Assembly: GCA_029775915.1 (NCBI GenBank)
Contig: JARVKA010000003.1
Span: 76,997 to 140,996 of the forward strand
From: Nitrososphaeria archaeon
GTDB taxonomy: Archaea > Thermoproteota > Nitrososphaeria > Nitrososphaerales > JANXEG01
Reading direction: 5' to 3'
DNA length: 64,000 bases
Program-made: the position numbers and the translations under genes
The notes under the pieces: generated by a model
The model's input: only the letters and a program-made list of their open reading frames with translations
What the model was told of the DNA's origin: nothing
Database searches by the model: none
Shown here: piece by piece, positions 1 to 9,331 of the stretch
Layout of the letters: each line of letters opens with the position of its first letter
How positions within the stretch are numbered: the first letter of the stretch is position 1

Positions 1-549
1 AGGCCTTGAACCAGCATTAATAAATGAATCGAGAACGAATTTTTTAATATCTTTAATAACATCGTATGGATCAAACATTTTAAGTGCGCTCCATCTTTCA
101 GATCCAGAACCTTTAGGTACCGCTGTAATTTCAAGATATTTTGCATCATGTAAAAATTCATACGTAATGATAGGCATACGCTCTCCCGTGTTTGTTGAAG
201 ATCTAACATGGGTTAAGGGATGGGCCGCAATACCACGATAATAAGCCTCTTTCGTTATTTTTTCAATTCCTTCTTTAATAGCCGATTCTAAATCTATATC
301 ATAAGGGAATTTTGTCCCAACCTTAACGAAGAATTGCGGGATACCAGTATCTTGGCATATTATCAATCTTTCTTTCTCAGCTACTTCCGCACTTTTTAAC
401 ATCATCTCTAAAATCTTCTTGGCTAAGGGGTTTCTCTCTCGGGATAGAGCTGATTTTAAGCTTTCTTTAACATCTTTAGGGATTGTTCTATTTGAAATGT
501 CGTATAACTCGGATATAAATTCAACCAACTTCCTATAAGTTATAGACAT
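1..549 (-). CDS. Class I (Fe-S) fumarate hydratase / tartrate dehydratase alpha-type subunit, N-terminal part; the gene runs off the window start
   Basis: Own translation of the minus strand from ATG 549-547: MSITYRKLVEFISELYDISNRTIPKDVKESL...ERLIICQDTGIPQFFVKVG...SSTNTGERMPIITYEF. The CQDTGIP motif is typical of the class I fumarase/TtdA N-terminal domain. The ORF is absent from the track because the window edge truncates it. Confidence 0.8.
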   Translation of the reverse strand, partial: MSITYRKLVEFISELYDISNRTIPKDVKESLKSALSRERNPLAKKILEMMLKSAEVAEKERLIICQDTGIPQFFVKVGTKFPYDIDLESAIKEGIEKITKEAYYRGIAAHPLTHVRSSTNTGERMPIITYEFLHDAKYLEITAVPKGSGSERWSALKMFDPYDVIKDIKKFVLDSFINAGSRP

Positions 550-597
550 ACCATTGCTCACAAATTTTTATATTTAAGGTATATAAAAATTATTCTC

Positions 598-605
598 ATC
601 GTAGT
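598..605. repeat. Left 8-bp target-site duplication ATCGTAGT of the IS6-family element
   Basis: Identical 8-mer at 598-605 and 1339-1346, directly abutting the terminal inverted repeats. Confidence 0.75.
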
Positions 606-1338
606 GGTGCTTTGAACTTTAGCTCATGGCACCACCTCTTATGAGCTCTAATATGCCTAAAGGCTCAGGGGCCTCTGTAGCCACATGGGGAAGCCTTAAG
701 CTTTTATGATATCGAACCCAGTTGTAGAAGCCCTCCAAGCTTTAAGGAGGCTCTTCGCATGGAGGAAGGGCTTTTGGCATTTACAAGGGAAGTAAAGAAG
801 TCCTTAAGCCTACGCTTCCTTGCTAAGCCTCTCAGTAAGGTTTAGGAGGTTCCGATCGTGAATAAGCCTTAGCTCGTAGCATACGCCATACCATGGAGCA
901 CCATTAGCTACGATAATCCTTACACCATACTTTTCCTTAAGCTTCTTGATGAATAGGTATGCCGTAAGGCTGCTTCTAATCCAGCTCAATTCTAAGGCGA
1001 GGATTCACTTGGATATAAGCTCTAAAGCCATCCATATCCAAGCTTCTACACCCCTTATAATTACGGTTCTCTCATCCACGATAGCAGTCTTAGCTCTACC
1101 TAGGTGGAAGGCTTCCGATAGGCTTCCGAATCTATGTACCCAATTCATTATGGATTTATTGCTACGCTTAAGGAAAGGGCTTAAGGCCCTAGAGACCTTC
1201 CAGGAGCTTAAACCAGAAAGGTATAGATATACGGAGTATGCTACAATCCCTAGGGGAGTCCTCTCCCTCTTGAAGAGTTCGTTAGACATGAGCCTTCAAG
1301 AGGGATAGGGCTTCCCTAAGTCTTAAGTTCACAGCACC
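606..1338 (-). mobile_element. IS6-family insertion sequence, 733 bp, decayed
   Basis: Terminal IRs are GGTGCTTTGAACTT (606-619) and the reverse complement of 1325-1338, GGTGCTGTGAACTT (13/14 match). The element has an 8-bp TSD and a single transposase frame, and it is visibly more GC-rich than its flanks. Size, GG-starting IR and 8-bp TSD all fit IS6/IS26-type elements. Confidence 0.75.
696..1289 (-). pseudogene. IS6-type DDE transposase with three in-frame stop codons
   Basis: The track ORF 1005-1289 reads ...AIVDERTVIIRGVEAWIWMALELISK. It continues in the same frame after TGA (1005-1007) as ILALELSWIRSSLTAYLFIKKLKEKYGVRIIVANGAPWYGVCYELRLIHDRNLLNLTERLSKEA. TAG (810-812) and TAA (804-806) follow, then GLLYFPCKCQK...FDIIKA. 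The second catalytic Asp position reads N (IVANGAPWY). Confidence 0.7.
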
Positions 1339-1346
1339 ATCGTAGT
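1339..1346. repeat. Right 8-bp target-site duplication ATCGTAGT
   Basis: Matches 598-605 exactly. Confidence 0.75.
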
Positions 1347-1429
1347 GGATAAAAGTTTTAATAAACTTCCATTATAAACCCTTACATTAAAAAAGGTTTT
1401 ATAGCACTAACATAAACTTACATACTGAT

Positions 1430-2836
1430 ATGAATAAAGAGAAAATCATATCTGATCTTAAAAAGCTTGTTGGAGATGAAAATGTAAGTACTTATGCCGA
1501 AGATTTATTCGTTTACTCATTTGATAGTTATTCAATACCATTCTTGGATGAAACTATAATGAAATGTCGCCCAGATGTTGTTGTTAAAGTCAAAACGACA
1601 CAACAAGTTTCTGATGTATTGAGATATGCAAATCAATGGAAGATTCCCGTTACTCCTCGTGCAGCAGGAACGAGCCTCGCAGGCGGTACAATTCCAATAA
1701 AGGGCGGTATAGTTCTCGATTTAAGAATAATGAATAAGATTAAAAAGATAGATATTGAAAATTTACAAGTTATAGTTGAACCGGGTGTAATTAAAGCAAA
1801 ACTTAATGAGGCATTAAAGCCTTATGGCTTCTTCTTCCCTCCCGATCCAGGTAGCGAAGAGTATTGCACAATTGGTGGAATGATCGCTACAAATGCGGGT
1901 GGTATGAGAGCAGTTAAATATGGAGTGACTAAAGATTACGTACTCGGGTTAGAAGTTGTTTTACCAAATGGGGATGTGATTAGAACTGGTGCTAACACTT
2001 TGAAATACTCAATAGGCTATGATTTAGCAAAACTCTTTGTAGGATCAGAAGGGACTTTAGGCGTTATAACAGAAGCTACATTAAAGATAGTTCCATTACC
2101 AAAGCATCGTGCTGTTGCATTAGCTCAATATCGTTCATTTAGAGATGCTACAAAAACAGTACCACATTTAATAGCAAGAGCTTTACCATCAGCGATTGAG
2201 TTTCTTGATAAATATGCGATCAAAGCGGTTAATGAATGGACAAAAGCGAATATTCCAGAGGAAGTAGCAACTTTATTGATAGAAGTGGATGGGGAGAAAG
2301 AAGATGTAAGATTAAGAATGAATGAAGTTGTTAAAACATGTCGTGAATTTGGAGCTGTAAATGTACAATGGTCTGATGATCCTAATGAGATGATAAAGCT
2401 TTGGACAGCTCGCCGAGACTCGGGTCCAGCCCTTTTAAGACTTAGACCTGAATGGGCAAAGATGTATGGTGCTGAAGATGTAGCAGTGCCATTATCAAAA
2501 TTGCCCGATGCTGTAGAGGCTTTTCAAAAAATAGGAGAGAAGTATGGCATATTCCTTGCTTGTATCGGTCATGCTGGTGATGGTAACATTCATACTTCAA
2601 TCTCAATCGATGTTACAAGAAAAGAAGAACAATTTTTAGCAATTAAACGAGCTTTTGAGGAGATTCACAAAGTAGCTCTTGAGTTAGGAGGCGTGGTAGC
2701 AGGTGAGCATGGAATTGGATTGGCAAGAAAAGCATATATGGAAAAGCAACATGGTAATGCCCTTCAAGTAATGAAAGCCATTAAGCAAGCAATCGATCCT
2801 AACAATATTATGAATCCTGGGAAAATTTTTGATTAG
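1430..2836 (+). CDS. FAD-linked oxidase, GlcD / D-lactate dehydrogenase family
   Basis: 468 aa with an FAD-binding PCMH-type N-terminus (RAAGTSLAGG, GGMRAVKYG) and a C-terminal GEHGIGLARK...NPGK motif typical of the GlcD/Dld family. Confidence 0.85.
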   Translation: MNKEKIISDLKKLVGDENVSTYAEDLFVYSFDSYSIPFLDETIMKCRPDVVVKVKTTQQVSDVLRYANQWKIPVTPRAAGTSLAGGTIPIKGGIVLDLRIMNKIKKIDIENLQVIVEPGVIKAKLNEALKPYGFFFPPDPGSEEYCTIGGMIATNAGGMRAVKYGVTKDYVLGLEVVLPNGDVIRTGANTLKYSIGYDLAKLFVGSEGTLGVITEATLKIVPLPKHRAVALAQYRSFRDATKTVPHLIARALPSAIEFLDKYAIKAVNEWTKANIPEEVATLLIEVDGEKEDVRLRMNEVVKTCREFGAVNVQWSDDPNEMIKLWTARRDSGPALLRLRPEWAKMYGAEDVAVPLSKLPDAVEAFQKIGEKYGIFLACIGHAGDGNIHTSISIDVTRKEEQFLAIKRAFEEIHKVALELGGVVAGEHGIGLARKAYMEKQHGNALQVMKAIKQAIDPNNIMNPGKIFD

Positions 2837-2849
2837 GGAGAAATCAATT

Positions 2850-3143
2850 ATGTCTGAAGATATTCAATTACAGATGTTTAAGTGTCAAAGATGTGGTAAG
2901 TGTTTAATCAATTGCCCCGTATTAGCAGTAACTGAATGGGACTCTTTTTCACCAAGAGCGAGAGTAATTCTTTCATTAGCTAAGGAGCTTGGTCATTTTG
3001 GAGAAACAAAAAGATTCTTACAAATAATATTTAGTTGTACAACCTGCAGAATTTGTGAGAATGTTTGCCCAGCTGGAGTTAAGGTAGTTGATATAATATT
3101 GCATACAAGGGAGCAAATCGTTAAAGAGTTAAGTAAAAAATGA
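2850..3143 (+). CDS. 4Fe-4S dicluster protein (GlcF N-terminal-like)
   Basis: Two CxxCxxCxxxCP motifs (CQRCGKCLINCP, CTTCRICENVCP). ATG 2850 is preceded by GGGAG. The track ORF starts at an alternative TTG at 2829, overlapping glcD. Confidence 0.7.
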   Translation: MSEDIQLQMFKCQRCGKCLINCPVLAVTEWDSFSPRARVILSLAKELGHFGETKRFLQIIFSCTTCRICENVCPAGVKVVDIILHTREQIVKELSKK

Positions 3144-4186
3144 GGTATTGGAATGGGGTAGTGAGAAATTTGTGCTATGGTGAAAAGTTAATTCCGCAAG
3201 GCATTCGCTTTGCAATTAATAATATGAATCGATATGGCAATATATTCGGAGCTTCAAAAAAAGAGTTAGTTTCATGGGCAAAGAGTTTAAAGCTACCTCA
3301 TGAAGGTTCGCGAATATTCTTTGCCTCTTGTATGTATCCTTTAATGGAGCAAGCTGAAACTTTTTTAAAGATTTCAAAATCTCTTAGTAAAATAGGTTTT
3401 AAATTCGAATCAATATTATCTAGTATGAGGATTCTTCAAAATCTTCGATTAACTTCTATAGCAAAAAGCCTTTTTATTTCTCAAAATAATAAAGCTCCAT
3501 ATTGCGATGCATTAACTCACGCTATTGAAGTGCTTAATGAATTAGGTGTTGAATGTGCATATCTTTATGAAGATGAACCTTGTTGTGGAGCAGCATATCA
3601 CACTTATGGTTATTTAACAAAGTTTAGTGAGCATGTGCACTATTTCCATAACTTCTTGAAGGAGAGGAATGTGAAAGAGATTATTACTTTAAATCCAATT
3701 TGTGCAACTATTATGAAAATATATTATCCTCAATTTGTTCCAGATTTTAATATTACCATTCGAACCTTTACTGAGATTGTAGCTCAAGAAATTAGTAAGA
3801 AAAAATTAAACCTTCAAGTGAAAGAGCCCATTAAAGTCGTTTTTCATGATCCTTGCTATCAAGCCAGATATATTAATCAAGTTAATGAAATAAGGTTTAT
3901 CTTGAAGAGTATTAAGGGATTAACGATTGTCGAACCGATAAATTCTAAGCTACTTGTAAGATGTTGTGGTGCAGGAGGCGTTGAAGCTGTGTATCCAGAT
4001 ATTAGTTTGGAAATGGCTAAAGTAAGAGCTCAAGAATTAATTGAGGCTAATGCAGATAAAATTGTTACATCATGCCCCGTTTGTATATTAATGCTGAAAT
4101 TAGGCTTAGAGTTATTAGGTGTGAAGAAAGAAGTTATTGATATTTCAACAGTAATTTGGCGAGTATTGAAGCAAGGCTTTGTATAA
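3140..4186 (+). CDS. CCG-domain (Fe-S) oxidoreductase (GlcF C-terminal / HdrB-like)
   Basis: Two cysteine-rich CCG motifs (EPCCGAAYH, VRCCGAGGVE plus SCPVC). It overlaps the upstream ferredoxin ORF by 4 nt, so the three genes together resemble a split GlcD-GlcF. Confidence 0.7.
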   Translation: MRYWNGVVRNLCYGEKLIPQGIRFAINNMNRYGNIFGASKKELVSWAKSLKLPHEGSRIFFASCMYPLMEQAETFLKISKSLSKIGFKFESILSSMRILQNLRLTSIAKSLFISQNNKAPYCDALTHAIEVLNELGVECAYLYEDEPCCGAAYHTYGYLTKFSEHVHYFHNFLKERNVKEIITLNPICATIMKIYYPQFVPDFNITIRTFTEIVAQEISKKKLNLQVKEPIKVVFHDPCYQARYINQVNEIRFILKSIKGLTIVEPINSKLLVRCCGAGGVEAVYPDISLEMAKVRAQELIEANADKIVTSCPVCILMLKLGLELLGVKKEVIDISTVIWRVLKQGFV

Positions 4187-4269
4187 ATTTAATATCGAAT
4201 TGACAAAGTATTAACCTCATATCAATCTCCTAAATTAATATATAACGGTTTAAATTTAGTATTTACAAA

Positions 4270-5220
4270 ATGAGGAAGCTCATTACAATAAATGAACAAG
4301 GAAAACTTTTAACAAAGGATATTAAAATTTATAATGATCCTCAATATTTAAAACCACTTCTCAATCCTATTAGTTGGAAGATTTTATCAATAATAGCTAA
4401 AAAGTCAACATACTCAGCTGAAATAGCGAAAACACTTGGTATTTATGAGCAAACAGTTTATTATCATATTAGAAGACTTGAAAAAGCTGGGCATATCACT
4501 GTAGAGAAACGAGAAAATATTCGAGGTGCTTTAGCAAAGTATTATCGCATTACATCTCCGGCATTTGGTGTAGAGCTTCCGAGTGGAGAGAGTGAGTTTG
4601 ATTTTACAAAGAGATTAACATTTAATCGCCAACTCTTAATGTTTTTTGAACCTTTTATAAAGAATGATGAGTTTGATGGGTTAATCGTTGTAGGCTCTCC
4701 AGAGCCACACGGACCAAATAAAACTTGTGCAAGAGATGGACATTATGGTATTCAACTTGCATTATTAATTGGTCAATTATGTAAAATGCCAAAAAGATTC
4801 GCTGTTAAATTGGATGTGGATGTGAAGATTGAGAAAGAAGAGGGTAATAATATGATACTTATTGGAGGACCTGGTACAAATTTAATTACAGCTGAGATTA
4901 ATCGCTACTTACCAATTCATTTTGATGAGCACAATTATTGGGCAGGGCTTAAGGATAAAAGAAGTGGCTATGTTTATAATACGGATCGTGATGGTATTAT
5001 AGCTAAAATAAAAAATCCATTTAATCGAAGCAATAGCATTATTGTGTTAGCAGGTCTTAGGCATGTGGGTACAAAATCGGCTGTAATCGCTTTATGCAAT
5101 TTTTATGAAGAGGTTTTGAAGAATTACAATGGTGAGGAAGAATGGGCTGTTGCTATAAGGGGATTCGATTTGGATGGTGATGGGAAAGTAGATGCTATAG
5201 AAACTTTAACCCAATCTTAA
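4270..5220 (+). CDS. Winged-HTH (ArsR-like) regulator with a large uncharacterised C-terminal domain
   Basis: The N-terminus PISWKILSIIAKKSTYSAEIAKTLGIYEQTVYYHIRRLEKAGHI is a typical ArsR/wHTH pattern. The remaining ~230 aa are not recognised. Confidence 0.55.
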   Translation: MRKLITINEQGKLLTKDIKIYNDPQYLKPLLNPISWKILSIIAKKSTYSAEIAKTLGIYEQTVYYHIRRLEKAGHITVEKRENIRGALAKYYRITSPAFGVELPSGESEFDFTKRLTFNRQLLMFFEPFIKNDEFDGLIVVGSPEPHGPNKTCARDGHYGIQLALLIGQLCKMPKRFAVKLDVDVKIEKEEGNNMILIGGPGTNLITAEINRYLPIHFDEHNYWAGLKDKRSGYVYNTDRDGIIAKIKNPFNRSNSIIVLAGLRHVGTKSAVIALCNFYEEVLKNYNGEEEWAVAIRGFDLDGDGKVDAIETLTQS

Positions 5221-5223
5221 AAT

Positions 5224-5625
5224 TTAAGCTCTTCTACCTCTTCTTCCGCCAGGCTTACGTGTTGTATCATGCGGTATTGGTGTAACATCCTCTATTCTAC
5301 CGATTTTAAATCCAGCTCTAGCGAGCGCTCTAATCGCTGCTTGTGCACCAGGCCCAGGGGTTCGAGGGCCTGTTCCACCAACCGCTCTTACTTTTATATG
5401 AATAGCAGTAATTCCTTTAGCTTTAGCAATTTCCGCTGCAGTTGTTGCTGACTTCATTGCAGCGTATGGTGATGATTCAAATCGATCCGCTTTTACATGT
5501 TGCCCTCCTGAACTAAATGCAATAGTCTCAGCACCCGTAAGATCTGTGATATGAACTATAGTATTGTTATAACTGCTATAAATATGCGCTACACCCCACT
5601 TCTCTTTTATTGCTTCATCACTCAT
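5224..5625 (-). CDS. rps11: 30S ribosomal protein S11 (uS11)
   Basis: [22 protein letters not shown]...IKVRAVGG...[30 protein letters not shown]. Confidence 0.95.
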   Translation of the reverse strand: MSDEAIKEKWGVAHIYSSYNNTIVHITDLTGAETIAFSSGGQHVKADRFESSPYAAMKSATTAAEIAKAKGITAIHIKVRAVGGTGPRTPGPGAQAAIRALARAGFKIGRIEDVTPIPHDTTRKPGGRRGRRA

Positions 5626-5633
5626 TTGTGATT

Positions 5634-6149
5634 TTACCTCCCAGTTTGGATAACTTTAAGTAATGGACTATCATCTCTAATTTTAACCAAATTTTCTTCT
5701 TCGCTACTTACCATATAACTGGGTATGGTAACGATTCTATTACCTACCGTAATATGACCATGAACGATCATTTGTCTAGCTTGATAAGGGGTTTTTGCCA
5801 AACCTTTCTTCCATACAATAGTTTGAAGGCGCCTCTCAAGAATATTCTCTACGGTTAAACTTAATACATCATCTAAAGTGGCAGATGGAGGGATTAAACC
5901 CAATCTACTTAAACTCATTATTAATTTAGATTCCTCTATACTGCGCTTAGCTGGTGGAGCAGCTAATAAAAGTCTAGCTTGATGCCTTATTCTCGATAAT
6001 TCAGTCTTTGCTTTCCATAATTCCCTTTTATTTCTTAAGCCATAAGTACCAACAAGATTTAGTTCACTTAATAGTTGATCGGTTCTCCAAGGATGCCTTG
6101 GAGATGAATATTTCTTTCTAGGTTTTTTTGGATCTCCCATACTTCTCAA
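5634..6149 (-). CDS. rps4: 30S ribosomal protein S4 (uS4)
   Basis: [18 protein letters not shown]...[24 protein letters not shown] plus an S4 RNA-binding domain. The probable start is the Met of MGDPKK at 6140. Confidence 0.95.
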   Translation of the reverse strand: MRSMGDPKKPRKKYSSPRHPWRTDQLLSELNLVGTYGLRNKRELWKAKTELSRIRHQARLLLAAPPAKRSIEESKLIMSLSRLGLIPPSATLDDVLSLTVENILERRLQTIVWKKGLAKTPYQARQMIVHGHITVGNRIVTIPSYMVSSEEENLVKIRDDSPLLKVIQTGR

Positions 6150-6619
6150 CTCGTTTTAGTTTGAGTTGGTGCTTTTCCTGGCTTTTTAACACCTACGGTA
6201 GCGCCTTTTCTTCCAGTAGTTCGTGTTCTTTGCCCTCTAACCTTTAAGCCAAGGGAATGTCTTACTCCACGCCAACTCCCTATACTCATCTCTCTTTGAA
6301 TATCACTCCTTACCGTAAGTTCTAAGTCGGATCCAATAATGTGAAAATCACCTCCAGTTTCTAAATCCTTTCTTCTATTAAATGCCCAAGTAGGAATACC
6401 AATCTTTCTCAAATCTTTTAAGCTTTGCTCAATTTCAGAAATTTGAGCTTCACTTAATGAGCCTAATCTCAATTTACTATCGATTTTAAGAGCATTCAAT
6501 ATAGCATGAGCTAAGTTTTGACCTATCCCTTTAATATCGGCCAGCGCCGCAACTACTTTTTTCGTCCCATCTAAATCCTTCCCAGCTATTCTCACTATAT
6601 GTCGAAATTCTGATGACAT
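6146..6619 (-). CDS. rps13: 30S ribosomal protein S13 (uS13)
   Basis: FRHIVRIAGKDLDG...IKGIGQNLAHAIL...RGVRHSLGLKVRGQRTRTTGRKG. Confidence 0.95.
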   Translation of the reverse strand: MSSEFRHIVRIAGKDLDGTKKVVAALADIKGIGQNLAHAILNALKIDSKLRLGSLSEAQISEIEQSLKDLRKIGIPTWAFNRRKDLETGGDFHIIGSDLELTVRSDIQREMSIGSWRGVRHSLGLKVRGQRTRTTGRKGATVGVKKPGKAPTQTKTS

Positions 6620-6750
6620 TTACCATTTGATGGAGATATTAAGTAGTCTATAAATTTTGTTGTGATTAATTCCATTAATAGTAAAGAGGTTGATAAAAGT
6701 TTAATTTGGAATCTTATATTAAGAAGGTAAGGCTTTACATCATGAAGGAA

Positions 6751-7446
6751 TCATAATTCACTATTCATATTTATATCCTCAATAGATATATTCAATATAG
6801 CACTAAGTTTTTTCAATAATATCTTTGCTACTTTAAGATCTGGGTACTCTGGATCTTCAGGATTCGGTTGAGTTCTACCAAATAAACACACGCCTTTTAT
6901 GCCTCTCAATTTTCCTAAACCGAAAACGAGACCTGAGAAACCATAAAATGCTCCTTCATACTCTGTTTCTATACCATACTTTTTCATCTCTTTTATAAGC
7001 TTTATATCAGTAGCTGCACAACAAACATCTTTATTTCCTATTCCATAACCAGCAAGTACTATCATTCTCTTAACATTAAACTTCTCATAAACATCTAAGA
7101 CTTTTTTAGCTACCTCATATTGACCTTGAAAATTTGCATGATAACCTTTTGTTAATAACAATTCTGGATCTTTTAAATAATAAAACTCAACCTTTGGTAT
7201 TGTTATTTGGCTTTCGTGTATCCACACACCAGCTTGTCCGGGATAATCTGGATGTGCTACATATGATGGTATTGTTCCATGCTGAATTGGAAAATGTTCT
7301 GAATACAATTCTGCAATTAACTTCGGTTGAAATTTTTTAATCAAAAATTCTATAGCTAATTTCCCAATCGATCTCAAGCCTGGAGAGCCTACAATAGCTA
7401 TAGGCTCTTTAACTAATGGTTCTTCAAAGTATTTTACCCAAGTCAT
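6751..7446 (-). CDS. PAC2-family (proteasome assembly chaperone-like) protein
   Basis: 231 aa with IAIVGSPGLRSIGKLAIEFLIKK near the N-terminus. It is a paralog of the adjacent ORF. Confidence 0.65.
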   Translation of the reverse strand: MTWVKYFEEPLVKEPIAIVGSPGLRSIGKLAIEFLIKKFQPKLIAELYSEHFPIQHGTIPSYVAHPDYPGQAGVWIHESQITIPKVEFYYLKDPELLLTKGYHANFQGQYEVAKKVLDVYEKFNVKRMIVLAGYGIGNKDVCCAATDIKLIKEMKKYGIETEYEGAFYGFSGLVFGLGKLRGIKGVCLFGRTQPNPEDPEYPDLKVAKILLKKLSAILNISIEDINMNSEL

Positions 7447-7448
7447 GA

Positions 7449-8231
7449 TTATAGATAAATATCTTTTGGAGGAGATGGTGTGGTAGATTTACGTATAAGC
7501 TCTCTCCAATACTTCTCCTTCTCTTCGAGTTGTTGAATAAACTCCTCAGCCATTTTAACTCGCTCTTCTATAGGTTTAAGATCAATTTCAATATCCAACA
7601 TTTTACAAAGAACTTCCAATAAGGATTGAGCTGCTTTTGGATCGATTACTGCATAGCCTGATGATGTTACATAACCGGGAGTTTCACTTAGTAAGCAAAT
7701 AGCTGGGATATTCTTAAGTTTAGCAAGACCAAAGATTAATCCATTAGTACCGCTAATACCACCAACATCCATTTGAATAACTTCATACTTTTTAAGCTCC
7801 TCTAACAATTCTACATGAGTAACAGCGCCGTATACTTTTGGCTTCGTAACTGGTTTATTAGTTACATAAGCCGCCATGGTGAAGAGTTTTTTAACCTTAA
7901 ACTTTTCAGCTCTATTTAAAACCTCTTTAGCTATTTCATACTGACCTTCTGGTGTTAATGCTTGTACATTCCCAGTAAAGATTATCAAATCATTCTTCAA
8001 TTTGGTATTTTTCCAATAATAAAATTCATTCTTTAATAACTCAACCACACCATCCTTACTTATTAAAACATAAGGAGGGAACGAGGGAGAGTAAATCTCT
8101 TCAAAAAGCTCGGCTTTAAGCTCTTCTATTAAATAATCTGCTGAAATTTTTGCAACATGACCTATACCCGGCAATCCCGTAACCATGTATGGGTCTTTTA
8201 ATTGGGGTTCTTTGTAAATTTTAAAATCCAT
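7449..8231 (-). CDS. PAC2-family (proteasome assembly chaperone-like) protein
   Basis: MDFKIYKEPQLKDPYMVTGLPGIGHVAKISADYLIEEL. It sits in tandem with 6751-7446 with a 2-nt gap. The start is taken at the Met of MDFKIY. Confidence 0.65.
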   Translation of the reverse strand: MDFKIYKEPQLKDPYMVTGLPGIGHVAKISADYLIEELKAELFEEIYSPSFPPYVLISKDGVVELLKNEFYYWKNTKLKNDLIIFTGNVQALTPEGQYEIAKEVLNRAEKFKVKKLFTMAAYVTNKPVTKPKVYGAVTHVELLEELKKYEVIQMDVGGISGTNGLIFGLAKLKNIPAICLLSETPGYVTSSGYAVIDPKAAQSLLEVLCKMLDIEIDLKPIEERVKMAEEFIQQLEEKEKYWRELIRKSTTPSPPKDIYL

Positions 8232-8270
8232 AATCACCACTTATTAATCCATTAATTTTTAACAACTCCC

Positions 8271-9095
8271 TTATAGATATTTTTTAAACCACTCCAAACT
8301 TAAATCGATTACCTTTTTTAAATGATCCATATTTGAGAAGGTGTGATCTGCGCCTTCTATTATCTCAAGCCTTTTTGGTTCTGATGCAGCTTCATAAAGT
8401 TTTTTTGCATGATCTAAAGGAACTACTTCATCAGCACTACCATGAATTATTAAAATAGGTGGCGCATTTTTTATATCTTTAAGTAAATCATACTTTTTTA
8501 AATCTTCATAAAAACTCTTCTTAAATCTTTTACCTGATGGTAACACATAATATTGACCTACTTCTTTTGGGATTAATGGTTTATCAAATCTAGGTATTTT
8601 ATAAGGTGTGCCAAGAGTTACAATAGCTTTTATTCTTTGATCTTTTGCAGCGATTGCAACCATACCACCAAAGCTTGATCCAATAACTCCTAATCTATTT
8701 GTATCAACTCTTCCTATACTATGAAGGAATTGTAAAGCAGATTTGTAATCATTAATTCTCCTACTTAAACTCACATCTTCAAACTCACCTTCACTCTTTT
8801 CTTCACCTTCACCACAACCTCGAAAGTTAAATCTCAAACATGCATAACCTTCATCGTGGAGTTTTGATGCAATATTTATCCACTTACTCGAATCTTTACT
8901 ACTTTCTAAACCATGTAAAGTAATAATACAAGGCGCTTTTTCATATGGTAAATGTAAATTACCGTAAATCCTTTGATTTTCAGAGTAAAACACAATTAAT
9001 TCTGATTTCATGCTCAATCCAATAGGTATAAATGCTAGTACAAAAATATATGCAATTGTAGCCTTTAACTCATGGTGAGATAATGCTATACCCAA
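8271..9095 (-). CDS. Alpha/beta hydrolase (dienelactone hydrolase / S9-like)
   Basis: Nucleophile elbow [15 protein letters not shown] and GADHTF give a Ser-Asp-His triad pattern. The true start may be the Met of MKSELIV at 9011, which would remove the overlap with rpoN. Confidence 0.75.
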   Translation of the reverse strand: MGIALSHHELKATIAYIFVLAFIPIGLSMKSELIVFYSENQRIYGNLHLPYEKAPCIITLHGLESSKDSSKWINIASKLHDEGYACLRFNFRGCGEGEEKSEGEFEDVSLSRRINDYKSALQFLHSIGRVDTNRLGVIGSSFGGMVAIAAKDQRIKAIVTLGTPYKIPRFDKPLIPKEVGQYYVLPSGKRFKKSFYEDLKKYDLLKDIKNAPPILIIHGSADEVVPLDHAKKLYEAASEPKRLEIIEGADHTFSNMDHLKKVIDLSLEWFKKYL

Positions 9096-9319
9096 TTAGA
9101 TGCTTTACGTGTGGTGAATTGATTGGGGATAAGTTTGATGAGTTTCGGAAGAGAGTAAGTGCTGGTGAAAAAGCAGCTAAAGTTCTCGATGATTTAGGAT
9201 TAAAGAGGTATTGTTGCCGTAGAATGCTTCTTACGAGTGTAGATTTGAGTGATCAAATTTTACCATACTTTGAAGCTTTAGCTGAAAGGCAAGCAAAGTT
9301 AAAATCCTCATCTTTTTGA
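9083..9319 (+). CDS. rpoN: DNA-directed RNA polymerase subunit N (Rpo10/RpoN)
   Basis: [15 protein letters not shown]...[18 protein letters not shown] is the canonical RpoN zinc motif. At 78 aa it has a C-terminal tail about 12 aa longer than usual. Confidence 0.9.
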   Translation: MLYPIRCFTCGELIGDKFDEFRKRVSAGEKAAKVLDDLGLKRYCCRRMLLTSVDLSDQILPYFEALAERQAKLKSSSF

Positions 9320-9331
9320 GAGTAAATAACC

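Noticed and set aside
696-1289. Stop-codon readthrough or recoding as an explanation for the in-frame stops in the transposase, and programmed frameshifting for guaA and others
   Set aside because: All three stop codon types occur in the transposase and a catalytic Asp is lost. guaA needs five independent frame corrections in both directions. Neither pattern fits a programmed mechanism.
946-1308. 120-aa plus-strand ORF inside the IS element
   Set aside because: It lies antisense to the recognisable IS6 transposase frame and has no motif. It is a shadow ORF of the GC-richer insert.
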